In this document: one piece after another, positions 25,001 through 39,108 of the stretch
Layout: the number at the start of each line of letters is the position of its first letter
Position numbering within the stretch: the first letter of the stretch is position 1
NCBI RefSeq assembly: GCF_006345805.1
Contig: NC_043012.1
Span: forward strand, 19,840,001-19,904,000
DNA length: 64,000 bases
Source: Octopus sinensis
Lineage: Eukaryota
Direction: 5' to 3'
The notes under the pieces: model-generated
What the model saw: the letters and a program-made list of their open reading frames with translations, nothing else
Databases searched by the model: none
What the model was told of the DNA's origin: nothing
Program-made: the position numbers and the translations under genes

Positions 25001-26273
25001 GCATAGCCATTATGACTTCGACTCTCAAAAATTACAACAGGAGCCCACTCCAAGTTGTAACAGTCAAGAATGAGAAACCTGCTGATATATGCAAATAGTG
25101 AATTGAAAATATATACACTAACTCCAGTTTTCTTTCTGGCACGAAATTAGGTGGCTTTATTTGGGACATAAAGGTCAACTATTTACCACACACCATTCGA
25201 CGACAAACTTCAATTGAACAAAGAAATGTAGGTTTTCGTTGACTGTAGGGATGCATGTTCTGTTTAGAGCTAAACCCTCTACTGACATACTAAATTTCAG
25301 ATGTGCAATGTTTATTAGACGTAAACATCTGGACAACTTTTGCCTTGATTGTGACGGAAAACAAAACTCTCGCTGTGATTTTTACTCATGCGTATGCTAA
25401 AGGCGTTAAAAGAAGTGTAAAACTAGCAGAAGTACATATACAATGTTATAATTGAATGTTAACCAGTACTAATATTATTCGATGTCATGGATTTTATATC
25501 AGATTGACTATGTAGGTTGTATAAAATGCACTTAGAAATCACTGCATTTCACTAACAGTACTAATATTACTAATATCTTAGTCACAGGTCACGTATTCTA
25601 GAGATTTCTAAAATATTCATGCAAACGGATTTTTGTTTATACATCTATTTTGCGTACCTTATTTCCTTAATTAAATTCTTTTCGATACATTCTAAACCGT
25701 TTGTGGAAAAGACATGATGTATTAGGACATGAAGAATTTCATGTACATGTACGTATACATTCGTGTGCCTGCCTGCGTGTGTGTGTCTATGTGTGTATGT
25801 ATGTATATGTGTTCTATTTCACTATATTTCTGGCATAGTGTTGTAGAACCAATGTTCCGGAATTGGGTGACAAATGATATTTCTTGTTCGTGTAATATCA
25901 TTTCGGAGTCATGTACACTATTTCATATGCTATCGATAATGTAATCATAGATTAATATAAATCTTTCTTTTCCGATATGAAGTTCTCTTTGTCATATCAG
26001 GTCACGACTGTAAAATATAATTACATAATTATATTGTGAATGTAATAATGCATGCTCCCGTCATCTTTTCATTTGATGTTGCACAGAAATCCATTGAGAT
26101 AACTCTACATATATGAATACATAGGCTCACACAAACATACACAGAAAGAACAAACACACACACACTTAGACACACGCGCGTAGATATATTTATGCGCATA
26201 TGTATACTATATAAAGATATATATATATATATATATATATATGCATATATACGCATGTATGTGTGTGTAAGTG

Positions 26274-26326
<53 letters not shown>

Positions 26327-28955
26327 TGTATGTATGTATGCATGTACGTATATATACACAGACACATACTTCTATTTTTCATATATGCGAATACATATAG
26401 ATATTCATAGCTTCATATACACACACTCAAAATACAATACAATTTCATGCGTTTTTATTCATGAAATACAATAAAAACTAAGATATCTGATTATCTTCCT
26501 TTTCAGCTATTGTTCACAAAATTCTTTATTTCTTCAATAGAGAAATCTGATATCTCGCTTAATTACTTACATATGGGAGATACAAAGAAAAATAAACTGA
26601 GACAAAACAGATTTATTCATTGTTGTTAAAACAATATTTTCAGGAATTCCTGAGTGTCACGAAATTTTCGATATTGTTTGCCGTTTTTGTTCGTTCTTAT
26701 GAAAAGAATACATTAACGTTTCTTTTGTGTCTGAATTAATACAGCTAAGCAATTGTGTTTGGAGAAATTGATATATTATTAAGTTGAATGCATCGGAGGT
26801 GAATGTTAATTGAATTTAAATTAAGCGCAATAATCCTTTGCTTATTTAGTATAATGTCACTTATTTTCTCTAACATGTGCCTTACGTAACATGTGGGATA
26901 TCTTGAAATTACAATTTTTGAGATTTTCTATTAATAATTTTGATTTGTCTGTAATACCATTCTTGCATATGTTACTGCGTAGTTATTAAGCTTGTACTGC
27001 AATAATGTAGATTAGAGATCTAACCAACTGTGAAACTGCATCACTTATGTTCCTGATTACTAGACATAAAAAAATTTGTTGGGCTTTACATCACCGCTTA
27101 GCCAAAGGAAGATTCTCAGTGTCCTGTCTGTTGTAAGCATTGAGAGAATAGTTAATGGCTGGACAGGAATTAAGGTCATTACATTTACTTCTTTTCTGAC
27201 ACGCAAAAATTCCTTTCTCTTTCTTACTCAGCGAGAGAAATTTGTAATTTGATACATAAGTCTATATTTAAGAAAGGTTTACAAGACAGTGTATATAAGC
27301 TAATGCTTAACATGTTTTAAATAACTCGCTATTCTAGTTATACTTGCGAATACATATATTAGGTGAAACTGTGTAAATTATTTTTTAATTATATTCACCT
27401 TGCAAACAAGTTAGCGAATATCTATGCTCCTGCAAAATATATTAAATTAGAAATAAGTTGAGCTTTCCCTTATTTTCTACATTAATTAGGTTTCACATCT
27501 TTTCTTCCACTGTTTATTATTTGCCAAGAAAATCTGTCTCCGTCAAAGCAATTACAAGGAAATTCTTTGAAAACGGTGATAACTCTGTCGTGCTTAGCTT
27601 TCAGGAAAGTATGAATTTATATGTAGGACTAAATCTAAAGCGAAGGAACAAATACTGTATACAAAGATCTGTTACTTAATCTATGAAGCAGATCACGTTT
27701 GTCCTTCAAATAAAAGCTTAATGTCTTATTTAAAAAAGGAAACAACACCCTAAACAATGCACCTGACGAAACACTTGCCTGTAAAAACTCATGACGGGAT
27801 GGTCATAATTAGCAATCTTCACCTGATTTTACATGATGCTGGACAACTACAGAAACAATAATTTGCAGAAGTTTCGATGTGAGTGTTAACGGTAACAAAG
27901 GAAAGAATAAATGTGTTTCAAAGTATGTACATAACATCGGATAATTATCATTTCTTAAAGTATATTTGCTTTATTTATTGAATTTATAAGGCTCAATTTT
28001 CTTAAGCTGGTTAAGTTCTGAATCATTTTATTTTCAAATCTATTCCAATCTGTATCAGTTGAAAGCATCTATTTTCTTCGCAGGAAAGAAAATAACCTGA
28101 AAAGAAAACTTACTAGTTTCAGCATGAGAGAGTTGAACAAATTAACTCTAATTATTCGTATATTATCTCATTTTGAACAATGAAAACTTTCCCAATGAGA
28201 TATCCTGGAATGACCTATTGAATTGTCTAGATGCTCTCTCTTCAACTTTTTTCTATTACGGCTATAAGTTCCTCAGAGATAGCTTTTCTCTAATCCATTC
28301 CACATTGATCTATATGTTTCCTATACTTTTCCCCATATATCACCATTCTTTCCTCCATTTCTCCTTGTTCTGCTCTACACACCTTTCCACCTTATACATC
28401 GGTCTTTACTACTGGTGTTTACTGACAACGGCTTAAAAAGAACATAAAGAACATCGAATGCACGAGTATCAGATTACTAAAGTCTATGACGACGAACACT
28501 ATGGGTCCTTCCCATTTCACCAAGCACAGTAAAACAATAAGTATCAGACAACTGAATTTATCGTAAAATTCTGTAAGGTACGCGTTCCTTCATAATTAAT
28601 TATTTCACTGTAAAGCGCCTCGGATCTCCCAAACTAATATTTCGTATTATTTAGGGTTGTTTTCCATATCAGCCCGACATAGGTGGTTTCACTAGTATAG
28701 ATGGTGTTTTATGCTGCAAGCTCGCTATTTTCTCATTCGCTACATAATTTGTAATGGTCTGCGTATATATTAAGCACAAACATAAGCATGTACCCCGACA
28801 TGTACACCATCTTCTAATGTGTGTATATGTGTATATATGTCTGTCTGTATATGTGTTTATGTCTGTGTATGTGCGTGTGCATGTGTTTATATTTGTGCAT
28901 GTGTACAAATTATTTATACATATAGAGATGCCTATATAGATAAATGTATAAATGA

Positions 28956-29036
<81 letters not shown>

Positions 29037-29299
29037 CTTGTTCTTTCACCAGCTGATGACCGGAAGCGAGCAACTTAGAATAATGGGAATCGGAAACTTT
29101 CAGTCAAAATGTGGTAAAGAATACTCCATATTAGTATTGAGTCCTGTACTTCACCGTTTCTGTTAAATCAACAGTGACTTGTATATATTTAAACAAATAG
29201 ACTGGTAGACAGACAAGCAGATATATTAGAAAGACAGTTAGTTACTTAGCTAGCTAGCTAGATAGATAGATAGACAGATAGATAGATAGATAGATAGAC

Positions 29300-29362
<63 letters not shown>

Positions 29363-29769
29363 CATGCGTATACGTACCCGCATAGATTTATGCTTATTTG
29401 TTTACAGAGCTGATTGAAGCTTTTCAAATTAGCGTACATTAGTTCGTAGTGTATCTATGTCCAGGCATTCATAAGCTACATACTGAGATGAATGTAATCA
29501 TGTGAGCCCGGAGAATAATAGCCTTGTCCAGCTAATATATTTTCATTTAGCTCGATGCTTCTAATGACGCAGTAAATATAATAAACGGCCATGTTATCAT
29601 AAGAATGATTGCCTGTGGACATTATTGCAAGAATAACAATAAAAATATAAATGTATGTGCTTTTATGTATAGTCATAGTCAAATGCATACAGAGTATCGG
29701 CAACATATTCGAAGAAATATAGGCTGTTGTATACTTAATCCTTCACCACCCAATATACATTTATACACG

Positions 29770-29901
29770 TTTTTCCATCAATTATTATTATTATTGTTGT
29801 TGTTGTTGTTGTTGTTGCTGTTGTTGTTGTTGTTATTATTATCATCATCATCATCATCATCATCATCATCGTCGTCGTCGTCGTAGTCATCATCATCATC
29901 A

Positions 29902-29965
<64 letters not shown>
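29770..29965. repeat. Compound trinucleotide microsatellite (TTA>TTG>TCA>TCG>TCA>TTA)
   Basis: Direct reading of the sequence. Confidence 0.95.
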
Positions 29966-29966
<1 letters not shown>

Positions 29967-30014
29967 TTATTCTTACTTACTTACGTACTTATTTCATTGA
30001 TTAATTACTCACTG

Positions 30015-30440
30015 TTTCACAGGTATGCGGCGGCGTCTTGTGTATTCGGATTGACTATCACCATCAAGAAGACTGAAGTTTAATGCCAACCAAATACTGA
30101 GACAGAACACCATCCAGATTCAAATGTGATGATTGGTAATAATCCATTCAACTGGATCAGGCCATTTAAATACCTTGAAAGTATAGTAAACTTTAAAATT
30201 GCTGAAAATGAAATCAATGTAAGGCAATAAAATATTTTGAAAACTTTGCTGTTGTTTGTGAGATGATGAACAAGGTGTTAGTCTAAAAGCTAAAAAAAAG
30301 TGGATACAAATCTTTTAGAACCTATTTTGTATGGGGCAGAAGCACGGATTACTTACTACAGGTATGTAAAGCAACTTGATGCATGTTCAATATCTGCAGC
30401 ATAAAACGATTGGATAAAATATCTAATGTTAAAATGTTAG
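30015..30440 (+). mobile_element. RTE-clade LINE fragment (RT thumb region)
   Basis: RYAAASCVFGLTITIKKTEV.CQP...PFKYLES...ENEINVR..., then ILYGAETW-like sequence at ~30325. Confidence 0.75.
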
Positions 30441-32151
30441 AAAAATGTAATATCTTAAGTATCAAAAGTATCATTCTTTGATAAGGTTTCAACATTTTAC
30501 CGTTCGTTTCCGACCTGTTTTCAGTCATAATGCTTTCAAAAAGGTGTTTAAGAACTTAACAAAACATATTCATGCGTTTAGTTTTGTTTGGTTTACCTAC
30601 GCATTGCATATTTGCAACAACCATGAACAAATGCATCCCCTATATTTACATTTCTGGATGGAATAGTGGTACAAAAACTGAAAAATCTCCAGTTATATAA
30701 AAATATTCACTTCAAAGCATTTTTCATGAAGTAAATTTTAAAGTGAGCTAATAAAATATATATCGTTAGAATACCAAACTATACTAGGTGCTGAGCATTA
30801 TATTCACACATAACGTTTGCAAAATATCTGCGTAATCAATGTTACATTTTGGCTGATTTTGTATCATCTCTGATAATTAACAGACACAGAAATTCCGTAG
30901 TTTGCACAACCTAGCTATTACCCAAACAGTAATTATATACCTTTAATTATATACCTTTTATTCAAAGAGAAATGCGAGAGAGAGAGCTGCATCTTTTTAA
31001 TGAAATTTGCCAGACCGCATGTTCCTTCAAAGTTAATGTCATGTTCTGCAGGTGCGGAATCGTTGAAATGGGTGTTGGGTGCTAACGAAGATATATCTAG
31101 AATCAATGTAATTTTCAAACGATTGGGGATTTGATTTGAATTATACTAAAAATCCTGTATCAAACGAGTGATTTCGTAGTAACAACAAACTCTTATTCTC
31201 AGCAGTTTTCGAAAATCAAATCTTTGGGGAAAATAGTAGTGAATAAAGATTTTCCATAACATTGTAAATTCAAAATCATAGGCTGTTAATGTAACTGTTT
31301 TTCATTTAATATTTGTGTGGAACTGAGTGTATGAGGAAAACACGGTCTTTCGTTATTGTTTCTATATGATGAGTTAAAATTCTGAAACGACAAATAGTTG
31401 TGATGGTTTTTAGCAGACTTGGAGCTGTGTGTAGCTCCGTATATGATACTGCCTTTTGAGCCTGATTGACATTTTCGATAGTTAAATTTCGATTATTTTC
31501 GTTCAAAAAGTGTATATATTTGCCATGCAAAAATAAATGATGCGTAGTGATTGGTACACTAACCTAACTCACGTTGGTTCACAAACTTACAGATGACATA
31601 GAGTAGATTTTGGCATTGAAACAAACTTTTAGTATTCAATTGCAATGGACATAGTATTTTAAAACCACAATAGAAACTGATAGCCTTATGAAATTTATTA
31701 CCTACACTTCGTACATTATTTTTCGGAAGATTGTAAATATTTTCAGTTTACATTCTTATTTTCTTTTACCTATTTGAATATGAAATTACTATATCAGCCT
31801 TCAGTGAATATATTGTAAGTAGACACCTTTCTTATGTAACCAGACGTAACTAGAATACATTCATGCATATACAATTACATAAATATTTACGTACATGCAT
31901 ACGTATAGACATACATCGTAACTCGAAGCGACTATTTATCGAAAATACGATGAATACTATCTCCAACTCTGAAGCCACATCTAGCAGGCGTGTTTAATAA
32001 CTGCTTAATCTTGAGATGAATTAACTGAATGAGCCTTTTTTGCAAGTTAGTAATTTGGGATAGAGAAGAGAAACTGTGTACATTTGCCGAAATCAACTGC
32101 GCAGCTGGTGTTATCATAAAGCTAAAGGCCAGCGCAAATGAACATTCCTAT

Positions 32152-32302
32152 GGATATTACAGAAATTTCATAGTGGACACCCGGGGATGTCAAGAATGAA
32201 ATCTTTAGTGAGAATTTACGTGTATTGACCGACAATGTACCGGGACACTGAACATTTGATAAAATTATGTAGAGGTTTTATGCTATCAGCCAATCCGCCA
32301 AC
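32152..32302 (+). repeat. Duplicated Gypsy integrase Zn-finger segment (copy of 33091-33241)
   Basis: Near-identical ~150-bp direct repeat encoding ILQKFHSGHPGMSRMKSLVRIYVY*P. Confidence 0.85.
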
Positions 32303-32589
32303 GCTCGATTACAGGTTCAGGTTTGTATATGTAGTTATTCAGACACTGAGATATGTAAATGCTGAGGCGAGAGTCACGACACCCCCCTGTCTATTCAAAA
32401 CGCAAAAAGTTACAGTTACAAAAAAGTAGGACACAACGGCTCACATTGCTGAGCAAAGTTAGAAAGAGCGGACATAAATACTAAAGATTTCTCAATGTAA
32501 CGTAGAAGCGACAACAAAAGAGGAAATTTGTACATGTAAATGTAAACGAAGTGAATATTAAATTACAACTAGATACTAGTATATAATTT

Positions 32590-32760
32590 TCCTCTACAGG
32601 GTTTTCCCCGAAATGTGATATCACCTCACAGTTCGCCTGCGAAGTGTAGTTTTTTACCTGTCACGCCTCGTGGTAATTTTGATGTTTTTTCTTAACGTAG
32701 TTTTTCCAGTTCTTATCCACGTACCGGTGTTAATAATCGGGGAAAAACGTGTAGAGCAAA
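32590..32760. mobile_element. MITE-like insertion in the Gypsy protease region
   Basis: Imperfect TIR CTCTACAGGGTTTTCCCCGA / TCGGGGAAAAACGTGTAGAG; protease-like coding sequence resumes after it (LLRTDWLVVFALWKLPI). Confidence 0.5.
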
Positions 32761-33521
32761 GGTTTCCGAGGTAAAAAATATAAATGCAACCTATCTGTTA
32801 CGTACGGACTGGTTGGTGGTGTTTGCCTTATGGAAACTCCCCATAAGTCTGCACTGTTAAAAGTATAAATGGCTCCTTAGCAGAATTGAAGAAAAAATTT
32901 AAAATAACGTTATGCTTAATGTCATTCAGGAGTTGCCAGTGACATTACAAGATATTAGAAGTAACTCAACGGAGGACAAATACATCATAAAAATGAAAGA
33001 AACATTGAAAAATAGGAATACGCAACATTTTTGCCTCTGCGACGATGTATTAATGTATACATAAAGTGTGGTAAACTGCGCAACAGAAACGGATATTACA
33101 GAAATTTCATAGTGGACACCCGGGGATGTCAAGAATGAAAGCTTTAGTGATAATTTACGTGTATTGACCGACAATGTACCGGGACACTGAAAATTTGATA
33201 AAATTATGTAGAGGTTTTATGCTAGCAGCCAATCCGCCAACGGTAAAGTACCAATCATAGCCTGAGACGGATAGTCCGTGGTGTGGGTACATATAGACTA
33301 CGTACCAGTGTATGGTGCTTAATACTTGATTATTGTTGATAGTTTTACTAAGTGGCGGGGTTTGTACAGGTTCAGTCAACCTACCTCGAAGGCAACAATA
33401 AAATTCCTGCACGAACCTTTTTGCTCGATAGGGTTTTTTCCGGATACCGTAGTATGGGACAGTGGAACACGATTTACAGGATATGATTTCAAGAAATTCT
33501 GAAAACTGCATTCAATCAAGT

Positions 33522-33804
33522 CATCATCATCATTGTCCGACCGTGGTCGAGACAATGGAATTTACTATGTTACACCAGACTTCACTGGTCCTGTTGCTGG
33601 ATGCCTGCATCCCTGGTGATTACATCAATGTAGGAGAGTGTGCTCCCTCTGGTATCGCGAGCAGATGGCTTTCAAAGGAGAAGAGTAGAAACTACCTAGT
33701 CTTCAGCTCTACAACAATGTCCAGCAAACTGGACTCTTCTACATTTCACAAGACATGATACAGGTGGTAATTGTCCATATATTTGTACTTTGGTTGGATG
33801 ACGC
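33522..33804 (-). mobile_element. 5'-truncated RTE-type LINE 3' end with 11-bp TSD
   Basis: RRVQFAGHCCRAED.VVSTLLL.KP...TLSYIDVITRDAG; (ATG)n tail; TSD TTCAATCAAGT at 33511-33521 and 33805-33815. Confidence 0.85.
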
Positions 33805-34060
33805 TTCAATCAAGTACATGATTACCCCGCCCTACAACCCAAGGTCAAATGGGTGAGCAGAACAATTGGTAGATACTTTCAAGCGAGCGTTAAAACAAAA
33901 CAACAAAAGAGTTAGGAAGTTAAGAAGCTAACTAAATTCTTAAAGACAAAGGACGCTCAATCCGAATACCAATTGAGGGAAGTCGCCTGCAGAGCTAATG
34001 TTCGCTCGGAAGATTAAATATCCATGTGACAAACTGTTGCCAAAGAAAAAAAGCCCTTAA

Positions 34061-34443
34061 TCTCTCTATATAAACGGCAGTTTGTCTGTGCGTGTTTCTG
34101 TGTGTCTGTTTGCTTGTACCCTCACTCTGACCACGGCTTTCAACCGATTCTGATGAAACTTGACACACACATAGCCCAATGTCATAATTCAAAACTAACC
34201 CAGCGAAAAGTTTGAAAAGTTCCCCCAGTTATGAAAAAAATCGATAAATTCGACATGGGGTCGAGAATCAGAAACACGAACCACAAACTGTCTAGGGGAC
34301 GCAACTCCACCTTTTTTAAATCTCAAGAAAAAATTTACCATCATTTTTTTCCATTTTTTTGCTATTCTTTGGCTATAACTCTCTAAAAATGCTTTATAGT
34401 TATTTCCCTTACAAACCTGAGCAACGCCGGGCGATACTGCTAG
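34061..34443 (+). mobile_element. Non-autonomous Helitron
   Basis: Begins A|TC(TCTCTATATAAA), has an internal GTCT/GTGT microsatellite and ACCGATTCTGATGAAACTT, a subterminal hairpin CCTGAGCAACGCCGGG, and ends CTAG|T. Confidence 0.85.
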
Positions 34444-35204
34444 TTAGAATATAAAACAATTCAACTAATCACTTTGAAGTCGGAGACAAAGTCCATTCCA
34501 AAGTATAGAAGGACGGTAAAGAGAGTTGACAGGGTGGTGTAGTCACTAAAAGAATAGGAAACGTGACGCATTTAATAAAAGGTGCATAAACGACATAGGG
34601 ACGACATCTAAATCAATTGAAAATCAGACATACAGAAGAAAGTGTTTTATCATATATACGATGTGGCAGCACCGATTGAGATTGAGCCTAGAAAGAAAGG
34701 TAAGATTAAACGTAAAGAGATTGAACATTTAGAAATATTCCTAAACGGAAAAAAGGTAGACACACACATACACACATACATACACGCACAAACACACACA
34801 ATATTTCGCTTGTTTCGATTTGGCGATACATCATCAATAACGCCGCCTGTATTCATGGGGAAGCTGAGCGTACAACGTTAGGTCGATGTATCGGTACCGT
34901 TCAGTTGGGAATAGAAAATAGATACTAGATTTCAGTGCCAAATTATATCAGTTACTTTTGAAGTTGAATGTCGATATAGATGTAGAAATCGGATTAATGG
35001 GTGATGAATTTGATCAACAAAAAATGAAATTATTCATTTTTGTTCTTCATTTTCATCCAACTTGTGTCAGAGTTTTCCCAAGATGAAATGTCGGAGGTAC
35101 AATCATTTCGAAATATTCTGATGGTGCTATACTTTTTTCCATTGTCTGTCTACTGAAAATGTATATCGTAATATTTGATCTAATATTTTTATCTAGGGCA
35201 GCGA

Positions 35205-35400
35205 GGTAGCGGAAACGTCGGCATGCCGGACGAAATACTTGGCGATATTTCGTCCACCTTTAGGTTCTGAATCGTAAGGTGTGTGAGTTCGTCTTTCCCC
35301 TCCATCTTTTATAGGTCGATAAAATAAGTACAAGTTGAGAATTGAGCATTGACTGATACCCAACCCGAAATTGCCGGCCTTGTATCAAAGTTTGAAGTCA
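35205..35400 (+). mobile_element. Degenerate SINE, family 2
   Basis: GGCAGCGAGGTAGCGGAAACGTCGGCATGCCGGACGAAATACTT...GGTCGATAAAATAAGTAC. Confidence 0.75.
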
Positions 35401-36539
35401 ATCTTAATATTATATCTAGAAAAAACGGAAATTAGTTGAAAATAGTATTAATTAGTTCTTCTGCAATGGTGCTGTACGTATTTATCAATAATTTATAATT
35501 TCGTCTAGTGAAGTATAAACAGTTATAGGAATATTTGCTTTTGAACACATGACATATGTTACTGTCATTGGAAGCACATTATTTATTTAATCTCTCATCG
35601 AACGTGATCCAAAACTGCTTTAATATAAGAAAAAGTAAGTAGATATATGAAATTACTCTGAGAATTCCGTTATAGTTTTAGGATAAATCATTCTGGTCCA
35701 TTACACATATTGTGGTTTTCTTGTTTATTCGAGACTAGAATGTGCTATGAGAAACACATTGCTACAATTTCTGACATATTCAACAATTCGCTAGAGGCCG
35801 CTATGTTTGTATCTATCACTGAAGTTTCATAAAAACGACTCCAATTTTCCATTCTTACAACGCTATAGACACTTTTCTTCATGGAAAAAAACCTACCCTA
35901 TTCAATGTCCAATAACCGTAAGATATTTTCTCGGTCGATTCAGAGTTAGTATTATGTAACGTAATTCTATGGCTACAGTGACAATATTAATCTTTAAACA
36001 AGAACTTTTATTCGTCGGCTATGAAATTAAAAAGAATATATATATATTTATATATATATATTTATTTATTTATTTATGTTTTTACATTAATGCATTATTA
36101 AACATCACAATACGTCATAGCATAAGGTGTGGTTTGTACCCGAACTTCAATATTTTATTTCCTACAATAACGAACGCATACTGGAAGGTTGCGATACAGC
36201 AAAGATTCTTGGGAGATGCGTTATATAGGGACATATATTTACACATATGCATTTATCGTTCCACTAAACCATCCACTCACTCACAGAGATGCATAAATTC
36301 ATGATCATACATGCATACATACATACATACATACATACATACATACATACATACATACTTACATACATACATACATATGCACGCAGGTACACATATCTGC
36401 GTGTGTGTATGTACATGACAAATGCTGAAAATATGTTTGTATTGATCGCCGCAAAAGATGCATGTACTAGAAGATATGACAGTTGATGAAAATACATGTA
36501 AATGCGTGCGTGTGTTATGTTCTATAGAGGGAACTGAAT

Positions 36540-37715
36540 GTGTTGAGTCGAATCATTAAATAATTTCCGTTGTATTTAGAAGTAAATTGTAACGACGCAT
36601 TTCGAACTTCCGATGTTTAAGATTGTCATTTATGTTTAAATAGTGAAAGAGTACTCATCATAGTTTAATATTAAAGTTCCCTCCCATAAAATATATACTT
36701 CATATAAAGTAGTTGGAGTCTGAGAACAGAAAAGAAATCGTCACAGAAATAGCTATGAATATACGCAGTGTTTACGGTCATTGTTGACCGGTAGGTGGGA
36801 AATTGACATTCAAAGTTGCGTTCCGCAAATTTGCCATTGCGTATTCACCTCCGATCAGAACACTTATCAGATTTCGTTCAAGATGCTTTAAGAAAGTACT
36901 AAGGAATTATCAGTTGAGCTCAACATCTCTCAATCCACCATCTGCCACCATTTAGAAAAGATAAGAAAAGTTGGAAACCTGGGTGTTTGCGTTCACCATA
37001 CGAGTAGTTAGAAGAGTAGGAAATATCACATGTTCAAGTCTTCTCACAAGGCGGAGAGATGACCCGTTTCTCCATAATATTACAGGTTATGTAAAGTAGG
37101 TCTTGTATCACAATGTTCAACGCAAGAGGCGGTAGATTAAGAAGAATAAATCTCCACAACCTACCTCAGAATCTGAGTTCCAAGGAAGGAACGTTATATT
37201 TTGTGTATGGTGAGATAACTGCAGTTTTATTCAGTCTGATTTTTTAAAACACAATCAAATACAGCCGACAGCTGGAACGTGTGCATGAAAATTATTTAAG
37301 AAAATCCCCTGCACTTGTCAGTAGGAGAAACGTTGTGCTTCTCAATAATAACGTGGGATGATAATCAGCAAGAATCACGTAAGCTATAATACTGGTTTTT
37401 GGATGCTCTGTTCTATGTCATCCACTATATTCACCAGATCTGCCATCAATTATGTCCATGGTTTGATCTCCATGCATTTCTCTGATGGGGATTTTTTTTC
37501 TCAAGAAGATCAGGTGAAAACATATGTTGAAAGTTTCTTCAGGTTGAAGCCGGCTGAATTTTTGATCGAGAAGAATCAAAAGGCTACCTGATACATGTCA
37601 AGATTTCATTCAAAATAATGCCAACTATGCTAATAATTGCCAATAATGTTTTGTAAAATCTTTTTATAACTAAAGGCATTTTACAAAATCGCAACCAAAT
37701 AGATCGATGCAGTAA
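36540..37715 (+). mobile_element. Heavily decayed near-full-length mariner element
   Basis: DDPFLHNITG.VK.VLYHNVQRK (first D region), FCVW.D, VLLNNN, VLCHPLYSPDL, FSQEDQVKTYVESFF.LKP.EF. Confidence 0.8.
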
Positions 37716-38349
37716 TTATTTCAACATAATTAAAAAATGGCATTATAATAAATAAACTTCTTTTAGCTGTTTCTACAAGGAACATAGAAATGCGAATTTG
37801 GACTCAGTGAATGGTAGCAAAGAATAATGAAATAAAGGTGGTTGGTGTGACGAAAGTTTAATTTCTAATCTGTGAAAATGTGTCTGTGTAGAACTATTAT
37901 TGTGGAATTAAAACGTTCGCGACTGATAGTAAATGAATTGGCAAGAATTCGTCACGTTACATTTCGTTATGTTATATTTCGTCTGTAAGCCATAAGAAAT
38001 ATAACATAACAAACATGAGTGTATAACATAACAAACATGAGGCCAGAGACGAGACATATAGTTGAATATGGCAATAAGGTACATTAATCTAGTTTTCGTG
38101 TGGACCAGTTTTATGTTGGATGAGAGGGTGCTAAAACTTCGTGAGAAGTAAACAAACACAGTTATATACGGGCTTAGACACAAACGGACGATTTCATATA
38201 TACAATTATGAACATACTTCTTTCTCTCTTTCGCTCTCTCTCTCTCTCTATCTCTCTCTCTGAATATATATATAGTAGTTTAAAGATCAAAGAATTAAAA
38301 GAATAGAGAAAATAAAACAACGTTAGGACGTGCACAAGAAATATATTAA

Positions 38350-38530
38350 TTCGACACTCGGTGAAAGGAGAAGGTGGTTAACATTTCGAGCAGAGCTCTT
38401 CGTCGGAAACAGGAAAGGGAAAAGACAAAGAAGGAAAAATAAGTGGAAATCGCCAACATTACGCATGCCGTTACACGGTAATATCGAACAGCGAGAATGA
38501 TTGCTCGATACCGCAATGGTTCATGAATAT
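38350..38530 (-). mobile_element. PLE-type pLTR fragment with a decayed minimal hammerhead (38377-38410)
   Basis: Minus strand: GTTT-CCGACGA-A-GAGC TCT GCTC-GAA-ATGT-T-AACC; same family as 52965-52999. Confidence 0.6.
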
Positions 38531-38628
38531 CCATTATTTTTGAGTTAAGTGGGTTACCTATGGTTTCAAAAAGAGGTAGACATTTTATCTCTCAAATGCC
38601 TTATATATATATATATATATATATATGA

Positions 38629-38672
<44 letters not shown>

Positions 38673-38970
38673 ATGTATGTATTTATATACGTATTTACTT
38701 ATGTATGTATGTAAACGGGGCCCTCACTGACAATTAGTCACGATTGAAGTTTTTCGTTTTCGTTTTACCATTTTGTATAACTGCTTTCGTTATTATAGAA
38801 ATACATACATATATATATATATAAATATAATATTTATACTCGGTGTGTGGTGAGGCAAATCGTTGCTTACTGAGATCTCCCTTTTAGTAGAAAGAATAGC
38901 TATAACTCTTTGACTGCTATTTCTAAACTCGGTGTGTGGTGAGGCAAATCGTTGCTAAACCCTTAATTAC

Positions 38971-39056
<86 letters not shown>

Positions 39057-39068
39057 TATACATATATA

Positions 39069-39108
<40 letters not shown>

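Larger units (their letters stand above)
32330..34750 (+). mobile_element. Decayed Ty3/Gypsy LTR retrotransposon: gag knuckle, protease, (RT/RNaseH deleted), integrase
   Basis: KKVGHNGSHC (gag); KFVHVNVNEVNIKLQLDT (protease); LPVTLQDIR; FHSGHPGMSRMKSL; VHIDY..YLIIVDSFTKW; DTVVWDSGTRFT; TPPYNPRSNG.AEQLVDTFKRAL; SPAELMFARKI; FEVGDKV...RHLNQL. Confidence 0.9.

Noticed and set aside
29041-29120. CTGATGA...GAAAC...GTC hammerhead-like string
   Set aside because: Helix I cannot close next to the core (the complementary TTCTTT.ACCA/TGGTAAAGAA is displaced) and helix II pairs poorly; at best a fossil.
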